Source: a virus (Duplodnaviria; Caudoviricetes). From it: 64,000 nucleotides of DNA. The position numbers were made by a program, and so were the translations under genes. The stretch covers positions 19,783 through 83,782 of IMG/VR virus record IMGVR_UViG_2681813556_000004; one strand, written 5' to 3'. How positions within the stretch are numbered: position 1 is the first letter of the stretch; every line of letters begins with the position of its first letter. The notes below the pieces were generated by a model. That model saw nothing but the letters and a program-made list of their open reading frames with translations, did no database searches and was not told the DNA's origin. Shown one piece after another: positions 33,225-43,414 of this stretch.

Positions 33225-34438
33225 CAGGCCACCTCTGCTTCATGCAGCCTGACATCGACCCAACGTCCGCCGGGCACGTCTATCGGATTGCCTGCGATCC
33301 AGAGGCCATTGTCCCAGACAGGCTCCGCGACGGTGATGGTCAGCACACCATCCGCCCAGCCGGTGGTTACATGGCACAGCCGGTTCCCGTTGTGATCACG
33401 GGGCACCTCGATCTGCCAGCCGGATTGCGCGAGGCCGAGGCTGCCGGTGATCTGGTAGACTCCGGTTTCGCTGCGGGTGATGGCAACACCGCTGGCGTCC
33501 GAGTTGACCGCGCCATCGCCCGCTGCCGCAAAGCCCTGGCCTGCGTCGGCCCCGCCGCCGACGCGCGCAATGGGCGAGGCTGATTTCACAAAGCCGTTGA
33601 CATCGACAGTGGTGTTTGCCGTGTTGCGCACCTGGTGCCAGCTGCTCCAGACGCCATTCCCGTAACGGCGCATCCAAGTCTCGTCCGAGTTGGCCATAGC
33701 CGCCCGCATAACGCGCAGGGTGAAGAACGTCGGGCTGAATCGCTCGACCACGACGCTGCCGTAGTTACCGCTGACAAAGCCCGGAGGCATGTCGGTCTGA
33801 TCCGCCGTCCCTGGTCCAAAGACATAGACCCCGCTTGGCGCATCTGTGCGTATCCACGAACCGATGTTCACCGGGGCGCTGTCAAGCGACCCCCAGCCGA
33901 AATCTCCAACCTTGGTGACGCGCCCCGCTGTGGCATCGGTTGAAGATTGGGTCACGGCGGCGCCCGTCAGCGGCACATCGACCTGGAATGCGGCGTTGCT
34001 CAGCAGCGCCCTGCGCGTGCCCCCGGCAACAAAGCCGAGTTGATTTGAGGCGGGGTTGTTCAGGCCGGTGTCTACATCACCAGCGAAGCTGACACCCGGC
34101 AGTGCGTTCGTCCCTGCCGGAAACTTCCCTGCCAAGGCGCCGGCCATATATCCAGACAGGTTCGCCCGAACCTGGTTCAACAGGTCATAGGTTTCCCTGA
34201 CCACACCGCGCGTCGGCTGGATCGCATAGGTTTGCCCCGAGGCATTGGAGCCCAGATACCCCTTGTCCAGAGTCAGGGTAGTATTGCTGGAGATCCCGAC
34301 AATTTCGTAGACGCGGCCATCGGGTAGATGGATTGCATCGGACACAGCCGCGTTGGCGATCCATGCCGTTCCAGTGCCGGTGACGGTTGTGTTGCCGTTG
34401 GTCACGGCAATCGTTCCTGTGCGATACCAATTCGACAC
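33224..34438 (-). CDS. Tail fibre protein
   Basis: MSNWYRTGTIAVTNGNTTVTGTGTAW N-terminus; knob-like middle; C-terminus TTVDVNGFVKSASP...GWQIEVPRDHNGN...WVDVRL. Confidence 0.85.
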   Translation of the reverse strand: MSNWYRTGTIAVTNGNTTVTGTGTAWIANAAVSDAIHLPDGRVYEIVGISSNTTLTLDKGYLGSNASGQTYAIQPTRGVVRETYDLLNQVRANLSGYMAGALAGKFPAGTNALPGVSFAGDVDTGLNNPASNQLGFVAGGTRRALLSNAAFQVDVPLTGAAVTQSSTDATAGRVTKVGDFGWGSLDSAPVNIGSWIRTDAPSGVYVFGPGTADQTDMPPGFVSGNYGSVVVERFSPTFFTLRVMRAAMANSDETWMRRYGNGVWSSWHQVRNTANTTVDVNGFVKSASPIARVGGGADAGQGFAAAGDGAVNSDASGVAITRSETGVYQITGSLGLAQSGWQIEVPRDHNGNRLCHVTTGWADGVLTITVAEPVWDNGLWIAGNPIDVPGGRWVDVRLHEAEVA

Positions 34439-34564
34439 TTCTGTCTCCTGCGGACATGACTATGCGCGCCCGGCCAAAACTGGCGGGGCGGGCGGTTTCA
34501 GGTTCGGCTATGCCGGGAATGCTGCGAGTCTAGACCAGTTTTCCTACCAAAGGTAGCGATCAGC

Positions 34565-37500
34565 CTAGCGCTTCATTTCTGTCGTCTGCATGAACACGTT
34601 TTTGACCCTCGGACTATATGGTGCAACGCGCTTCGCCCGCACCTCTATCGTCATCATCGACGCCGCGCCGGCCTGAACGATGAGCCCGAATGTCACGATC
34701 TGCTCCTCGTACATGTATTGCGTGTAGACATCCACGTTCACGTTGTTGCCGCCGGTGACGTACCCCGTCGCGCCGGTTGTCAGCTGCCAGATATTCGATG
34801 ACGCGCGAAAGGTTCGCTGGACGATCCCGTTCCTGACCACTTCAATGTCGCACGCCCCATCATTGATGCCCATTGTCAGAAGTGTGGATACAGGTTTGCC
34901 GTCCGTCTCGGTGGTGACGGAGATGAGCGTGGTGAAGTCATCCACGATCTGCACATCGTCCGGTGCAAAACTGGCGGTGGTATTGCTGACAGCGCCCTCA
35001 CGCAGCGCCAGTGTGCCGAATTCAGCGTTGCCGGAACTGTCGATCCTCCATCCATCGCCGTATCGACCGGCAGAGTAATTGGCGGATCGCAACTCTCCGC
35101 CAAAGACGGCAAGGCCCGAGGCGTTGAAGTCGATGGTGTCGATCAGGTTGGTGGTGATGCTGTTTGGCGTCAGAAAGGTGCGACCATCCCGCTGCCGAAC
35201 CACCTCGATATTGGTGACAAATGCGTTTCCGCTGCCTCCGCCGCCACGGCGCAGCCCGATGTCCACCGTGGCCGCATTTGCCGGGACGGATATGTCCTCC
35301 GCGAAGGTCGCCCAAGAGGTGGCCGAGGCGTTGGCGACACCAATCACGTTTTGCCCAAGCGCCTCCCCGTCCGGGCCGAACCAACTGAACAGCAAGCGCA
35401 GGGTGGCGGATCTTGGTGTGGCTCCCTGCATTGCATAGCTGAACCGCGCATGGAACCTGTCGCCCTCGCGCGCCGCGACGCCCGTCGCCATGGTGGCGGT
35501 CCGGGTGGAGCCCGTGCTGCCGATCCGAAGGAAATGCGCAGTCGGGGCCGACTGGCCTGCCGGATCGTTCGCCCCCTCGCGCGCCGCGACGGAGAATGTC
35601 GCCGGCACCGCTTCCCATCCTCGGAGATCACCATAGAGGAATCGCCCGTTCGGTATGCTGCTGCCATCAAAATCGGTGATGACCAACTGCTTCGCGGCAA
35701 CGGACCCATCCAGAAGGATGTCGTCTGCCTTCAGCTTGGCCACCGAAGCTGTGCCGTTGGAGCCATCCGCTGCGATCAGATCGAGAAGCGAAACGGCACC
35801 TCCCGCCTGCGCCTTGATCAGATATCCGGCTGACGCCCCGTCTTGCAGGGTGGCAATCGCGGTGCCTTGGCTGGTGATCTTCGCAGAGCTTCCCCCCGCG
35901 TCCACATCAAGCTGCGTCAGCAGGACGCCAAGCGCGGTCCCGTTCAGCTTTGACATGTCGAGACCACGAACATCGGAGATCTGCCCGGACAGGCTGCTGA
36001 TTTCCGGCAGTTCCCCTGCGACCGATGCAATCTCGATGAACACTCGGGCAATCTGAACAGCCCGGCCAGCCTTGTCGTGGTCTCCGAAGATCCCGAGATA
36101 CCCCGGCCCACCGCTGATGGAAGGCGGGATTGTCAGGTGGAAGACATGCCATGCCCAGGCAGTCGTCAGGTTCTGGTTAGACGCCACATACCCGGAGTTC
36201 CCGTTGTCATTGGTGGAATAGCAGACGCCAAAGCGGGTCGCGGGATTGCTCGATGGTCGCTTCGCCAGGACGCCGACCTTGATGCGTTGCCCGGCGAACA
36301 GCACGGCGCGCGCCATGGGGATCTGCACATAAGCGCCATTCGTGTAGCCTGTCAGAACGCGAGGGGCACTTCCTTCCGCAACGATGATCGTGCCGACCTG
36401 CCCAAGTGCCGACCCACCAAGGGAAAGGGTGACGGCTTCACCGGCGGTCAATGTCGCCAGCGTGTCGAGGGTGCGTTGGAAGCCCTGAATCGTGTCGGCC
36501 ACGTTGTCGATCGAGGCCGTGAGCGCGTTTGCGGAGGCCGAAATAGCATCATTCGTGCTGGCCGATGTCATGTAGGCCGAAAGGGCCGCGGCTTTCACCT
36601 GCCCGGTTTCCGGGGTGAAGTATTCCGCCTCGAAGGTCTCGATCCTGGTGGAAATGGCCTCATCCGTGGCCGCTGTGGTGTAGTAGTTCGTCAGAATGCC
36701 AGCCTTGATCTGCCCATTCGGGTTGCGAAGGGCGGAATTGAGTTCATCCACCTTGGCTGCGATGGCGCCGTCCGTATCGACCTTGGTGTAATAGTCGCTG
36801 GTCAATGTCGCCGCGACTTCCGCGGCAGCGCCGACGCTTGCCACACTGATGATATCGACTTCAGCAACAGGCGCCCCCGCATACTGCGCACCACGAAACA
36901 GGAGGCCCGGCCGCACATATCCGGCACCAGCCGGCGCCGCGCGGTCGATGGTGTGGACGCTCCATGCAGCGCCGGGAGCAACGGAGAGGTCGTTGGATTG
37001 AGAGGAAAGCGCGGTCCACGAACCGGCAGGAATCCAGGTCCACTGGATGCGAAGACCGTTGTTGCCCCCGCTGCCGCCGATTGCGCGCACCCTGACGGTG
37101 ATGCGGATCGTCTCGCCTTCCCGCACGGGCAGGACGCCTCGGGTCCGCAGCGCCGGTGTATTGGCCGCGCCGATTGCGACGGAGGCTTTTCCATCAGCAA
37201 CTGACCATGCCGGATCCAGCGCGGCTGCAACATCCGGGGCGGCGCTGGCGCTGCTGGTCCAGTCAGCCGCTCCGGCCAGGAAGTCGCTTTTCGGCGCGGT
37301 CGCGGTCAGTACGGATCGCAGTTCCAACTGCGACGCCGCTATGGCCTCGTTCGCAGCGGTCTTGGTGTAATAGTTCTGCTCCAGATCGGCGGTGACATTT
37401 CCCACCGCTGTATTCGCCGCTGCTGCCGCTGCTGCCGCATCCGTCGCCACCTTGTCCGTTACCGCTGCCCACGCGCTGCCGTTCCATCGCTTGGGGGTGT

Positions 37501-40030
37501 TCGCCCCGCCCGTGGTGTCGATCCACAGGTTCTGTGCCAACCGTTCCGATGCGGCAGGGGCTGCGGACTGGAAGAACACCTTGCCCTTGCCGCCTGCGAG
37601 GTCCGAGGCCGCCTGCGCCGCGTCCTGCGCCTGCTTCACCGATCCGCCTGCACCTTCCATGGTGGATTTCAAGGTGGTGGACGCAGCCGAAATGGCCGCA
37701 TCTGCATCGGTCTTTGTATAATAATCGCTGCTCAGAGTGGCGGCGAGGCCGCCGATGGCGCCTTCTGGTCCGGTCAGACTGCTTTCCAGTGCCATGGTGG
37801 CCGCCGAAATGGCGAGGTCCGCGGCAGTCTTGGTATAGTAGTCTGCGGACAAGGTTGCCGTCAGGCTGCCAATCGCCCCCTCTGGTGCCGTCAAGCTGCT
37901 TTCCAGCGCCATGGTTGCGGCGGCGATAGCGGCATCCGCGCCGGACTTGGTGTAATAGTTCACTGAGAGGTTGGCCGAAACATCGTCGACATCTGCCAGC
38001 AGGCTCGTCATCTGGGCGGCCATCGCAGTATCGGCGGTGGCTCTTGCAACCTCCTCGGTCCTGATTGCGGTCTCGGCCCCGCTCAAACGCGCCGATAGCA
38101 GTTGCAGGTTGGTGGAGGTGGCCTCCACCCCTTCTTGAACGAATGCCCGCGTCTGCTGGACAGCGGTGGCAAGTTCCGTCGCCGCGTTTTGCTCGCCCAC
38201 GAACTCTGACAGCGCCAGCATGAGTCGTGTCATGTCATCGGCTGCCATGCCCCGATAGATCGGGCCGGTGGCGATCAGGCTTCGCTCATAGGCGGCTTCC
38301 GCCGTCAATTCCTCGGTCTGTGTGCGGGTATAGTAGTTTTCCGCAAGGTTTGCGGCGAGACCGCCAATCGCGCCCTCGGGTGCCGTCAGGCCGCTTTCCA
38401 GCGCCATAGTGGCGGCGGACATCGCCATATCGGCCTGGGTTTTGGTGTAATAGTCGCTCGTCAAGGTCGCTGTCAGGCCACCGATAGAACCCTCTGGCGC
38501 CTCCATTGAGGATTTGAGCGCAAGGGTTGCCGCGCTGATCGCAGTGTCGGCGGCGGCCTTGGTGTAATAGTTCTGCGCGAGGTTTGCGTTGAAGTCGCCC
38601 ATCGTCGTTCCCAGAGAGGTGATCTGGGCGGCGATGGATGCGTTTTCATCAATGCGCAGGGTCATTTCCTGCTGCAAGGTGGCTACGGAGCCATTGAGGG
38701 TCGCGGCCAGCGTGGTTCGCGCACTGGCTTCGGCCAGCAGGCCATCATCCACATAAGCGCGGATCTGGGTCTGCGCCAAAGCAAGGTCTTCCCGCGCGGC
38801 CTCGCCCTCCATGTGGGCCTGCAACAGTGCATGGAGGTTGGAAAGATCGCCGGCCTCGACACCGGCAAGGGTGCTGCGTGCGGACTGGACAGTCTGGATG
38901 ATGGACGGGCCATCCAAGGCGGACAGGGTAATCTCTGCCGCGTCAAGGCGGGACTCGACCCCCTGGAACTCGGAATTTGTGACGCGCAGGGCTATTTCCG
39001 CTTCCAGCCCGTCAATGTCGATTTCTGCCTGGGTCAGCCGCACCGTCATATCCGACACGGTGAGGCTGTCAGCCTTGAGTTCGATGGCGGCGAGGGCACC
39101 GCTCAGGCCAATTTCGGCGGTCGTGATGCGCAGATCGAGATCTTCGATGATCGGAATCTGGGTCGGGTCCAGCACCGCATTGCTGATTGCGGTGTTCACA
39201 TAGGCGACCGAAGCCTTGAGGGAGATTTCGGCCTGCACTGCGTCCAGGTTGATCTGGGCCTGCGAAACCCGATCCTCGATGGTGTCTATACCAGCGATCC
39301 GAACCCGGCCATTTGCGGGGTCTACCCAGATGCCTGCGTCGGTGATGCGCTTTTCGGTGGCGAACTGGAGGGCCTGCAATCCGGCCAGCCGGTCATAGAT
39401 TGCGTCAACGGCATCCTCGGATCGCCAGATGCGCAGCCGGTCGATGTCGATTTCGGTGGAAAGGTCGGCAATGTCGCTTGCGACCTCGGCGGCCATATTG
39501 CCCACGACCTGTTCCAGATCGTTCAGTGCCTGCGCGGTCTGCTGGATTGCCTCGGCGGCCTGTTCCAGGCCAACTGTGACTTCCTCGTCAATCAGGTCAA
39601 CGTCAGCGCGCAGGGTATTGAGGTCTTTGTCGATCTGGGCGCGGACATAGCCCAGGCTCTCGGCGGATTCGGCCTGCACGCGGTCGATCAACTGCGACAG
39701 GTTGGAGGTGAATCCCTCGGTCAGGGCGTCCAGTTCTTCCCTGATCTGCTGGGATATGTAAGCCGCGCGCCGTGCCTGCGCCGCTGCCGCATCAGCGGCG
39801 GCCCGTAGATCGGCCACCTGCTGGGCCAGCCCTTCTGCACTGGTGCTACTGCCACCGGCACTGGCGGCGCCAATCGCTGCCGCCGCCTTTCTGGCGGTCA
39901 GGTCTGCCATGGATTGCAGATCGGCTGTCAGTTTCTTGAGGTCGCGGAACCTGACGGCATGGTCGGGCTGCTTGCCACGTTCCCCCAGAAGGGTTTCCAC
40001 CTTGGATTTGAGGATCGGATCATCCCTCAT
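34565..40030 (-). CDS. Large tail/host-specificity protein (coiled coil, repeats, CBM-like domains, J-like C-terminus)
   Basis: 1821 aa from ATG 40030 (or GTG 40036); KVETLLGERG N-terminus; YYTK repeats; GWRIDSSGNAEF. Confidence 0.8.
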   Translation of the reverse strand: MRDDPILKSKVETLLGERGKQPDHAVRFRDLKKLTADLQSMADLTARKAAAAIGAASAGGSSTSAEGLAQQVADLRAAADAAAAQARRAAYISQQIREELDALTEGFTSNLSQLIDRVQAESAESLGYVRAQIDKDLNTLRADVDLIDEEVTVGLEQAAEAIQQTAQALNDLEQVVGNMAAEVASDIADLSTEIDIDRLRIWRSEDAVDAIYDRLAGLQALQFATEKRITDAGIWVDPANGRVRIAGIDTIEDRVSQAQINLDAVQAEISLKASVAYVNTAISNAVLDPTQIPIIEDLDLRITTAEIGLSGALAAIELKADSLTVSDMTVRLTQAEIDIDGLEAEIALRVTNSEFQGVESRLDAAEITLSALDGPSIIQTVQSARSTLAGVEAGDLSNLHALLQAHMEGEAAREDLALAQTQIRAYVDDGLLAEASARTTLAATLNGSVATLQQEMTLRIDENASIAAQITSLGTTMGDFNANLAQNYYTKAAADTAISAATLALKSSMEAPEGSIGGLTATLTSDYYTKTQADMAMSAATMALESGLTAPEGAIGGLAANLAENYYTRTQTEELTAEAAYERSLIATGPIYRGMAADDMTRLMLALSEFVGEQNAATELATAVQQTRAFVQEGVEATSTNLQLLSARLSGAETAIRTEEVARATADTAMAAQMTSLLADVDDVSANLSVNYYTKSGADAAIAAATMALESSLTAPEGAIGSLTATLSADYYTKTAADLAISAATMALESSLTGPEGAIGGLAATLSSDYYTKTDADAAISAASTTLKSTMEGAGGSVKQAQDAAQAASDLAGGKGKVFFQSAAPAASERLAQNLWIDTTGGANTPKRWNGSAWAAVTDKVATDAAAAAAAANTAVGNVTADLEQNYYTKTAANEAIAASQLELRSVLTATAPKSDFLAGAADWTSSASAAPDVAAALDPAWSVADGKASVAIGAANTPALRTRGVLPVREGETIRITVRVRAIGGSGGNNGLRIQWTWIPAGSWTALSSQSNDLSVAPGAAWSVHTIDRAAPAGAGYVRPGLLFRGAQYAGAPVAEVDIISVASVGAAAEVAATLTSDYYTKVDTDGAIAAKVDELNSALRNPNGQIKAGILTNYYTTAATDEAISTRIETFEAEYFTPETGQVKAAALSAYMTSASTNDAISASANALTASIDNVADTIQGFQRTLDTLATLTAGEAVTLSLGGSALGQVGTIIVAEGSAPRVLTGYTNGAYVQIPMARAVLFAGQRIKVGVLAKRPSSNPATRFGVCYSTNDNGNSGYVASNQNLTTAWAWHVFHLTIPPSISGGPGYLGIFGDHDKAGRAVQIARVFIEIASVAGELPEISSLSGQISDVRGLDMSKLNGTALGVLLTQLDVDAGGSSAKITSQGTAIATLQDGASAGYLIKAQAGGAVSLLDLIAADGSNGTASVAKLKADDILLDGSVAAKQLVITDFDGSSIPNGRFLYGDLRGWEAVPATFSVAAREGANDPAGQSAPTAHFLRIGSTGSTRTATMATGVAAREGDRFHARFSYAMQGATPRSATLRLLFSWFGPDGEALGQNVIGVANASATSWATFAEDISVPANAATVDIGLRRGGGGSGNAFVTNIEVVRQRDGRTFLTPNSITTNLIDTIDFNASGLAVFGGELRSANYSAGRYGDGWRIDSSGNAEFGTLALREGAVSNTTASFAPDDVQIVDDFTTLISVTTETDGKPVSTLLTMGINDGACDIEVVRNGIVQRTFRASSNIWQLTTGATGYVTGGNNVNVDVYTQYMYEEQIVTFGLIVQAGAASMMTIEVRAKRVAPYSPRVKNVFMQTTEMKR
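37712..38580 (-). repeat. Two blocks of 117-bp (39-aa) repeats in the tail protein
   Basis: YYT anchors near 38560/38443/38326 and 37948/37831/37714, spaced 117 bp; unit YYTKxxADxAISAATxALxSxxxxPEGxIGxLxAxLxxD. Confidence 0.85.
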
Positions 40031-42729
40031 TGCCACACCTCATCGGGCACTCCGGCCAGCACGATACGAGTGGTCGATACATTGCCTGCGACCTCGACCT
40101 GCCACTCGGTTGCCAATACGGGGGGAAGCCGCTCGATGCGGCCAAAGGCTGATGCGCCGGATGTCTCGCGGATCAGGTTGCCATCGGCCCATACCTTGAA
40201 ATCCAGTGCTGGCACGGCGCCGGCCAAGGGTTTTGCATCAACCATGATACAGCCGAAGTTCACCGGGCCAGGGAGGCGCATGGGCTTGGACCGCCAGAGA
40301 TAGGTGCCGATCTGTTCCGATGGATCATCGACGCTGACCACAGTGAGGCGATCAGCTTGCAACGCGAACAATCGCCCGGTCTCGCGGTGGTGGATCAGCG
40401 ATGTCAGGCCGACAGGTGCCGCTGGCACCAGGTAGGGCTGCTGGCCTGATACATCGACATAGGCAAGCTGGCGATTTGCACTGCCGATGGGCTGATATGA
40501 CATCGCATAGCGCCCGCGCGAGGCGGCGGCGTGGATGGTGGCCGGCGCTATCTGGCGCCATTGATCAACATCCCAGAGGGCTTGCGATACCACTGATGCC
40601 CCGCTCTGGCTGATCTGGACGAGGCCCTCCGTGGATGGATAGACCGCGAAATGGCCCAGATCGACGATGCCTGCCTTGGACAGGCACGGAAGGGACACCT
40701 CCATGCGGGTGAGTGCCATGGAGTCAGGGTGGAGACCTTGGGCGACGTAGGGCGTGGCGGTTGTCAGAATGGCAAGTGATGTGCCGAAGGCGGCAAGTCC
40801 GACGATCTGATCTGAGACGGTCAAGACATACTTCTCGGGCCAGGCATGGGGTTGATAGGGTTCCGAAAAGCAGACCTTGCGCCCGCTGAATGCGGCCATG
40901 ATCCCGTTGGGCATTGCGATGATACCGGCCAGATCGGCCGGCGGCGGGTCAAAATCCGTGCTTGGCATCACCTCCTGCGGGGGCTTGACGGTTGGATCGT
41001 GCGTATAGATCGTCGTGGCGGCTGGTACCTCGTCCACGAAAAAGAACTCGGTGGCGCCCGCTGCGCTGGTAACGGACCTGTAGACGCGCTTGTGGGTGAT
41101 CAGGCGGCCCGCAGGTGCTGCCGCCGACATGGTGACGGTCACAATCTGATTGTCGTGGGCGTCGATTGGGGCGCTTGCCAGCGAGGGCTGCGATTCCTCG
41201 CCCAGCGATGTGACATAGGTATAGGCATAGAGGACCGTTTCGGTGGTCAGATCGCCTGCCATGCCGAATACCTCGACCTCCATGGCGCCGATACGTTTGA
41301 TCCTCACCGGATCATTGGCCGCCGATGGCAAGGAAATGGCTACTGCCTGGTCGGACGTGACTGCGATGATCGTCTCGCCCGAAGTTGCCGATGTGTCGCG
41401 CGTGACTGCCCGGTATGTCGAGGCGGTCGTGATCCATTCGCTCCCCGAGTAGGTGAACCGCGTGCAGGCACCCCCCGGATAGATCGTCGCTGGCAGCGCG
41501 GCCCCGTTGATCTGCGTTCCCATCGGGAGGATCACAGCCCGGCGGTCGCCCAGCACGCCTACATCGATCGTATCGCCCACGCTGCCGGAGGGCGGCATGG
41601 AGAAGATGATGGTTTCGGGAGCGGAGGTGGTCAGGAACCGTCGCACCTTCATCGTTTCCAGCGCGGCATCGGCTGCGGTGGAAAGGTAGCTATCGTCGAA
41701 GGCGCCACCGATCTTCAGGACACGCCAGTTCGTGCCGGTCCAGATGAAGGCGTGCCGGTCGCCCTGAGCGGAAATCGTGAATGATGCACCCCCACCGAAG
41801 AAGCTGGCGCCGGGAGCGTTCACAGTGACGGCAGCAGCGCCCTTGCGCTCCACGGAGACCGTCGATCCGGCTGGCAATCCAGAAGTTGCCGGCAGGCTGA
41901 CAGCGACACCCCGGGCTCCGTTCACGCTGATATTCTGGCCAGCAGCGGCGGCGTGGGCATAGGTCGAGTCTTCGCTGGTCGGCGGCGTCAGGATTGTTCC
42001 TGGCGGCGCGATCAGTATTGCAATCCATGCCGTGCCGTTGAACAGCAACGCCAGACGCTGGCCAGCCCCATCAAGGGAAATGTCACCGGCCCTGCCGACG
42101 ATGGCCCTGCCATTGCGGTGGACTCTGACGATCCCGGTGCCCTCGTTCACAACCCCGACGCAATCGCCGCCAGTGGGCGCAGCGGGCAGGCAGGCCACGA
42201 GGCGCTTGTTTGCGGATTTCGGGTTGGCGATGTTGACGGTTCCTGCCACCAGATCGGCACCGGATGCGTGCAGCGTGACCGGAATTGTCGCGGCGGCTGA
42301 GACCCATTTCTCCCCGTCATGGGTGAAACTGCGAGCGGCCCCGTCCGTGGCCAGGGTCTCTCGCTCAGCGATTGCCGGGGCAGTGACACCGGGTGTTTCG
42401 TTGGGCGCAGGCAGGGCCAGGCCATAGTAGACCCCGCTGTAGAGCATCTGCGGGGCACCTGCTGCGCCACGGGTGATGTAAAGGCGATCCTGAGCCACGG
42501 GACCGGCAGCAGCATCGGCATCATGGTTCCAGCCCAGCCATGTCGATCCGTGCAAATGGATGCGCTGTGCGACGGCCCCCAGCACGGTCGCCTGCGCGTT
42601 CCCCCGCATGGGGGCAAGATCGCCATTGGTCAGCTTGGCATTGCTGACGGCGGCGGCGTTCTGCGGGGGCAGATAGGCAGGATTCAGCTTCGGGATTTCA
42701 CCGGCGAACCCTTCGAACGTGATCTTCAT
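40027..42729 (-). CDS. Tail nozzle/stabilisation protein (P22 gp10/T7 gp12 position) with large insertion
   Basis: MKITFEGFAGEIPKL...; YTYVTSLGEESQPS; CFSEPYQPHAWP; YLWRSKP. Confidence 0.8.
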   Translation of the reverse strand: MKITFEGFAGEIPKLNPAYLPPQNAAAVSNAKLTNGDLAPMRGNAQATVLGAVAQRIHLHGSTWLGWNHDADAAAGPVAQDRLYITRGAAGAPQMLYSGVYYGLALPAPNETPGVTAPAIAERETLATDGAARSFTHDGEKWVSAAATIPVTLHASGADLVAGTVNIANPKSANKRLVACLPAAPTGGDCVGVVNEGTGIVRVHRNGRAIVGRAGDISLDGAGQRLALLFNGTAWIAILIAPPGTILTPPTSEDSTYAHAAAAGQNISVNGARGVAVSLPATSGLPAGSTVSVERKGAAAVTVNAPGASFFGGGASFTISAQGDRHAFIWTGTNWRVLKIGGAFDDSYLSTAADAALETMKVRRFLTTSAPETIIFSMPPSGSVGDTIDVGVLGDRRAVILPMGTQINGAALPATIYPGGACTRFTYSGSEWITTASTYRAVTRDTSATSGETIIAVTSDQAVAISLPSAANDPVRIKRIGAMEVEVFGMAGDLTTETVLYAYTYVTSLGEESQPSLASAPIDAHDNQIVTVTMSAAAPAGRLITHKRVYRSVTSAAGATEFFFVDEVPAATTIYTHDPTVKPPQEVMPSTDFDPPPADLAGIIAMPNGIMAAFSGRKVCFSEPYQPHAWPEKYVLTVSDQIVGLAAFGTSLAILTTATPYVAQGLHPDSMALTRMEVSLPCLSKAGIVDLGHFAVYPSTEGLVQISQSGASVVSQALWDVDQWRQIAPATIHAAASRGRYAMSYQPIGSANRQLAYVDVSGQQPYLVPAAPVGLTSLIHHRETGRLFALQADRLTVVSVDDPSEQIGTYLWRSKPMRLPGPVNFGCIMVDAKPLAGAVPALDFKVWADGNLIRETSGASAFGRIERLPPVLATEWQVEVAGNVSTTRIVLAGVPDEVWQ

Positions 42730-42732
42730 GTC

Positions 42733-43398
42733 TCAGAACCATCTGGCGGTGGTGCGGATCTTCGCGCGGGTTTGCGTGCGCATGTGGGTCGAGAAGGCAG
42801 AGTTGCAGGCGCGTTCGAAGCGTTCGAGGTGGAACATGGCGCGCTTTGGATCGGTCCAGCGTTCCTCTGGTGTTGCGAGGATGCGGGCGAGGGCGCCATC
42901 GGTGATGGCCTCGGCCTTCTGAATTGACAGAAACTCCGGCACGACATTGTAGGCATCGTGCAGCGGGTCGTTGGGGTCTGTTCCGAATAGCTGGCCGCTA
43001 CGGGGTTTCAGGAACAGCGAGACACGCAGCAGGCCAGCCTGGAACGGATAGATGGACACCGTGTTCTGGTCGATCTGAGTAAGGTACCTCGGGCGGCCAA
43101 TCTGGACGGCCCCGGTCAACTCGTCTGGGTCCGTATCCGTCCATTGAGTGGGGGTCAGCGGAGCCCCGTCATGGGTCGCTTCCTCGATTTCATGGATGGC
43201 TGAATAGTCCGGGGCGACGATGGCCTGACCATTGGCGGTCAAGCTCACCTCGATGATGTGGCGCCAGCACCGGGTGCGCTCGCAGAACTCGATGGCCGCG
43301 AGCCGTGCGGCCTGCTCTGCGAAGAAGCGGGGGCAGCCGGGGGCCTGCGGCAGGATGATCGGCAGGAAAACCGCCGTTCTGATGACAGGCAGAGCCAC
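42733..43398 (-). CDS. Head-tail adaptor/connector protein
   Basis: APGCP...AAIEFCERTRCW pattern; position before the nozzle. Confidence 0.7.
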   Translation of the reverse strand: MALPVIRTAVFLPIILPQAPGCPRFFAEQAARLAAIEFCERTRCWRHIIEVSLTANGQAIVAPDYSAIHEIEEATHDGAPLTPTQWTDTDPDELTGAVQIGRPRYLTQIDQNTVSIYPFQAGLLRVSLFLKPRSGQLFGTDPNDPLHDAYNVVPEFLSIQKAEAITDGALARILATPEERWTDPKRAMFHLERFERACNSAFSTHMRTQTRAKIRTTARWF

Positions 43399-43414
43399 CG
43401 GCTATCTCCTTGGA

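Noticed and set aside
36670-38580. Regularly spaced repeats considered as a CRISPR array or DGR template/variable repeat
   Set aside because: They are in-frame degenerate protein repeats with no unique spacers, no adenine-specific variation, and no cas or reverse transcriptase gene in the window.
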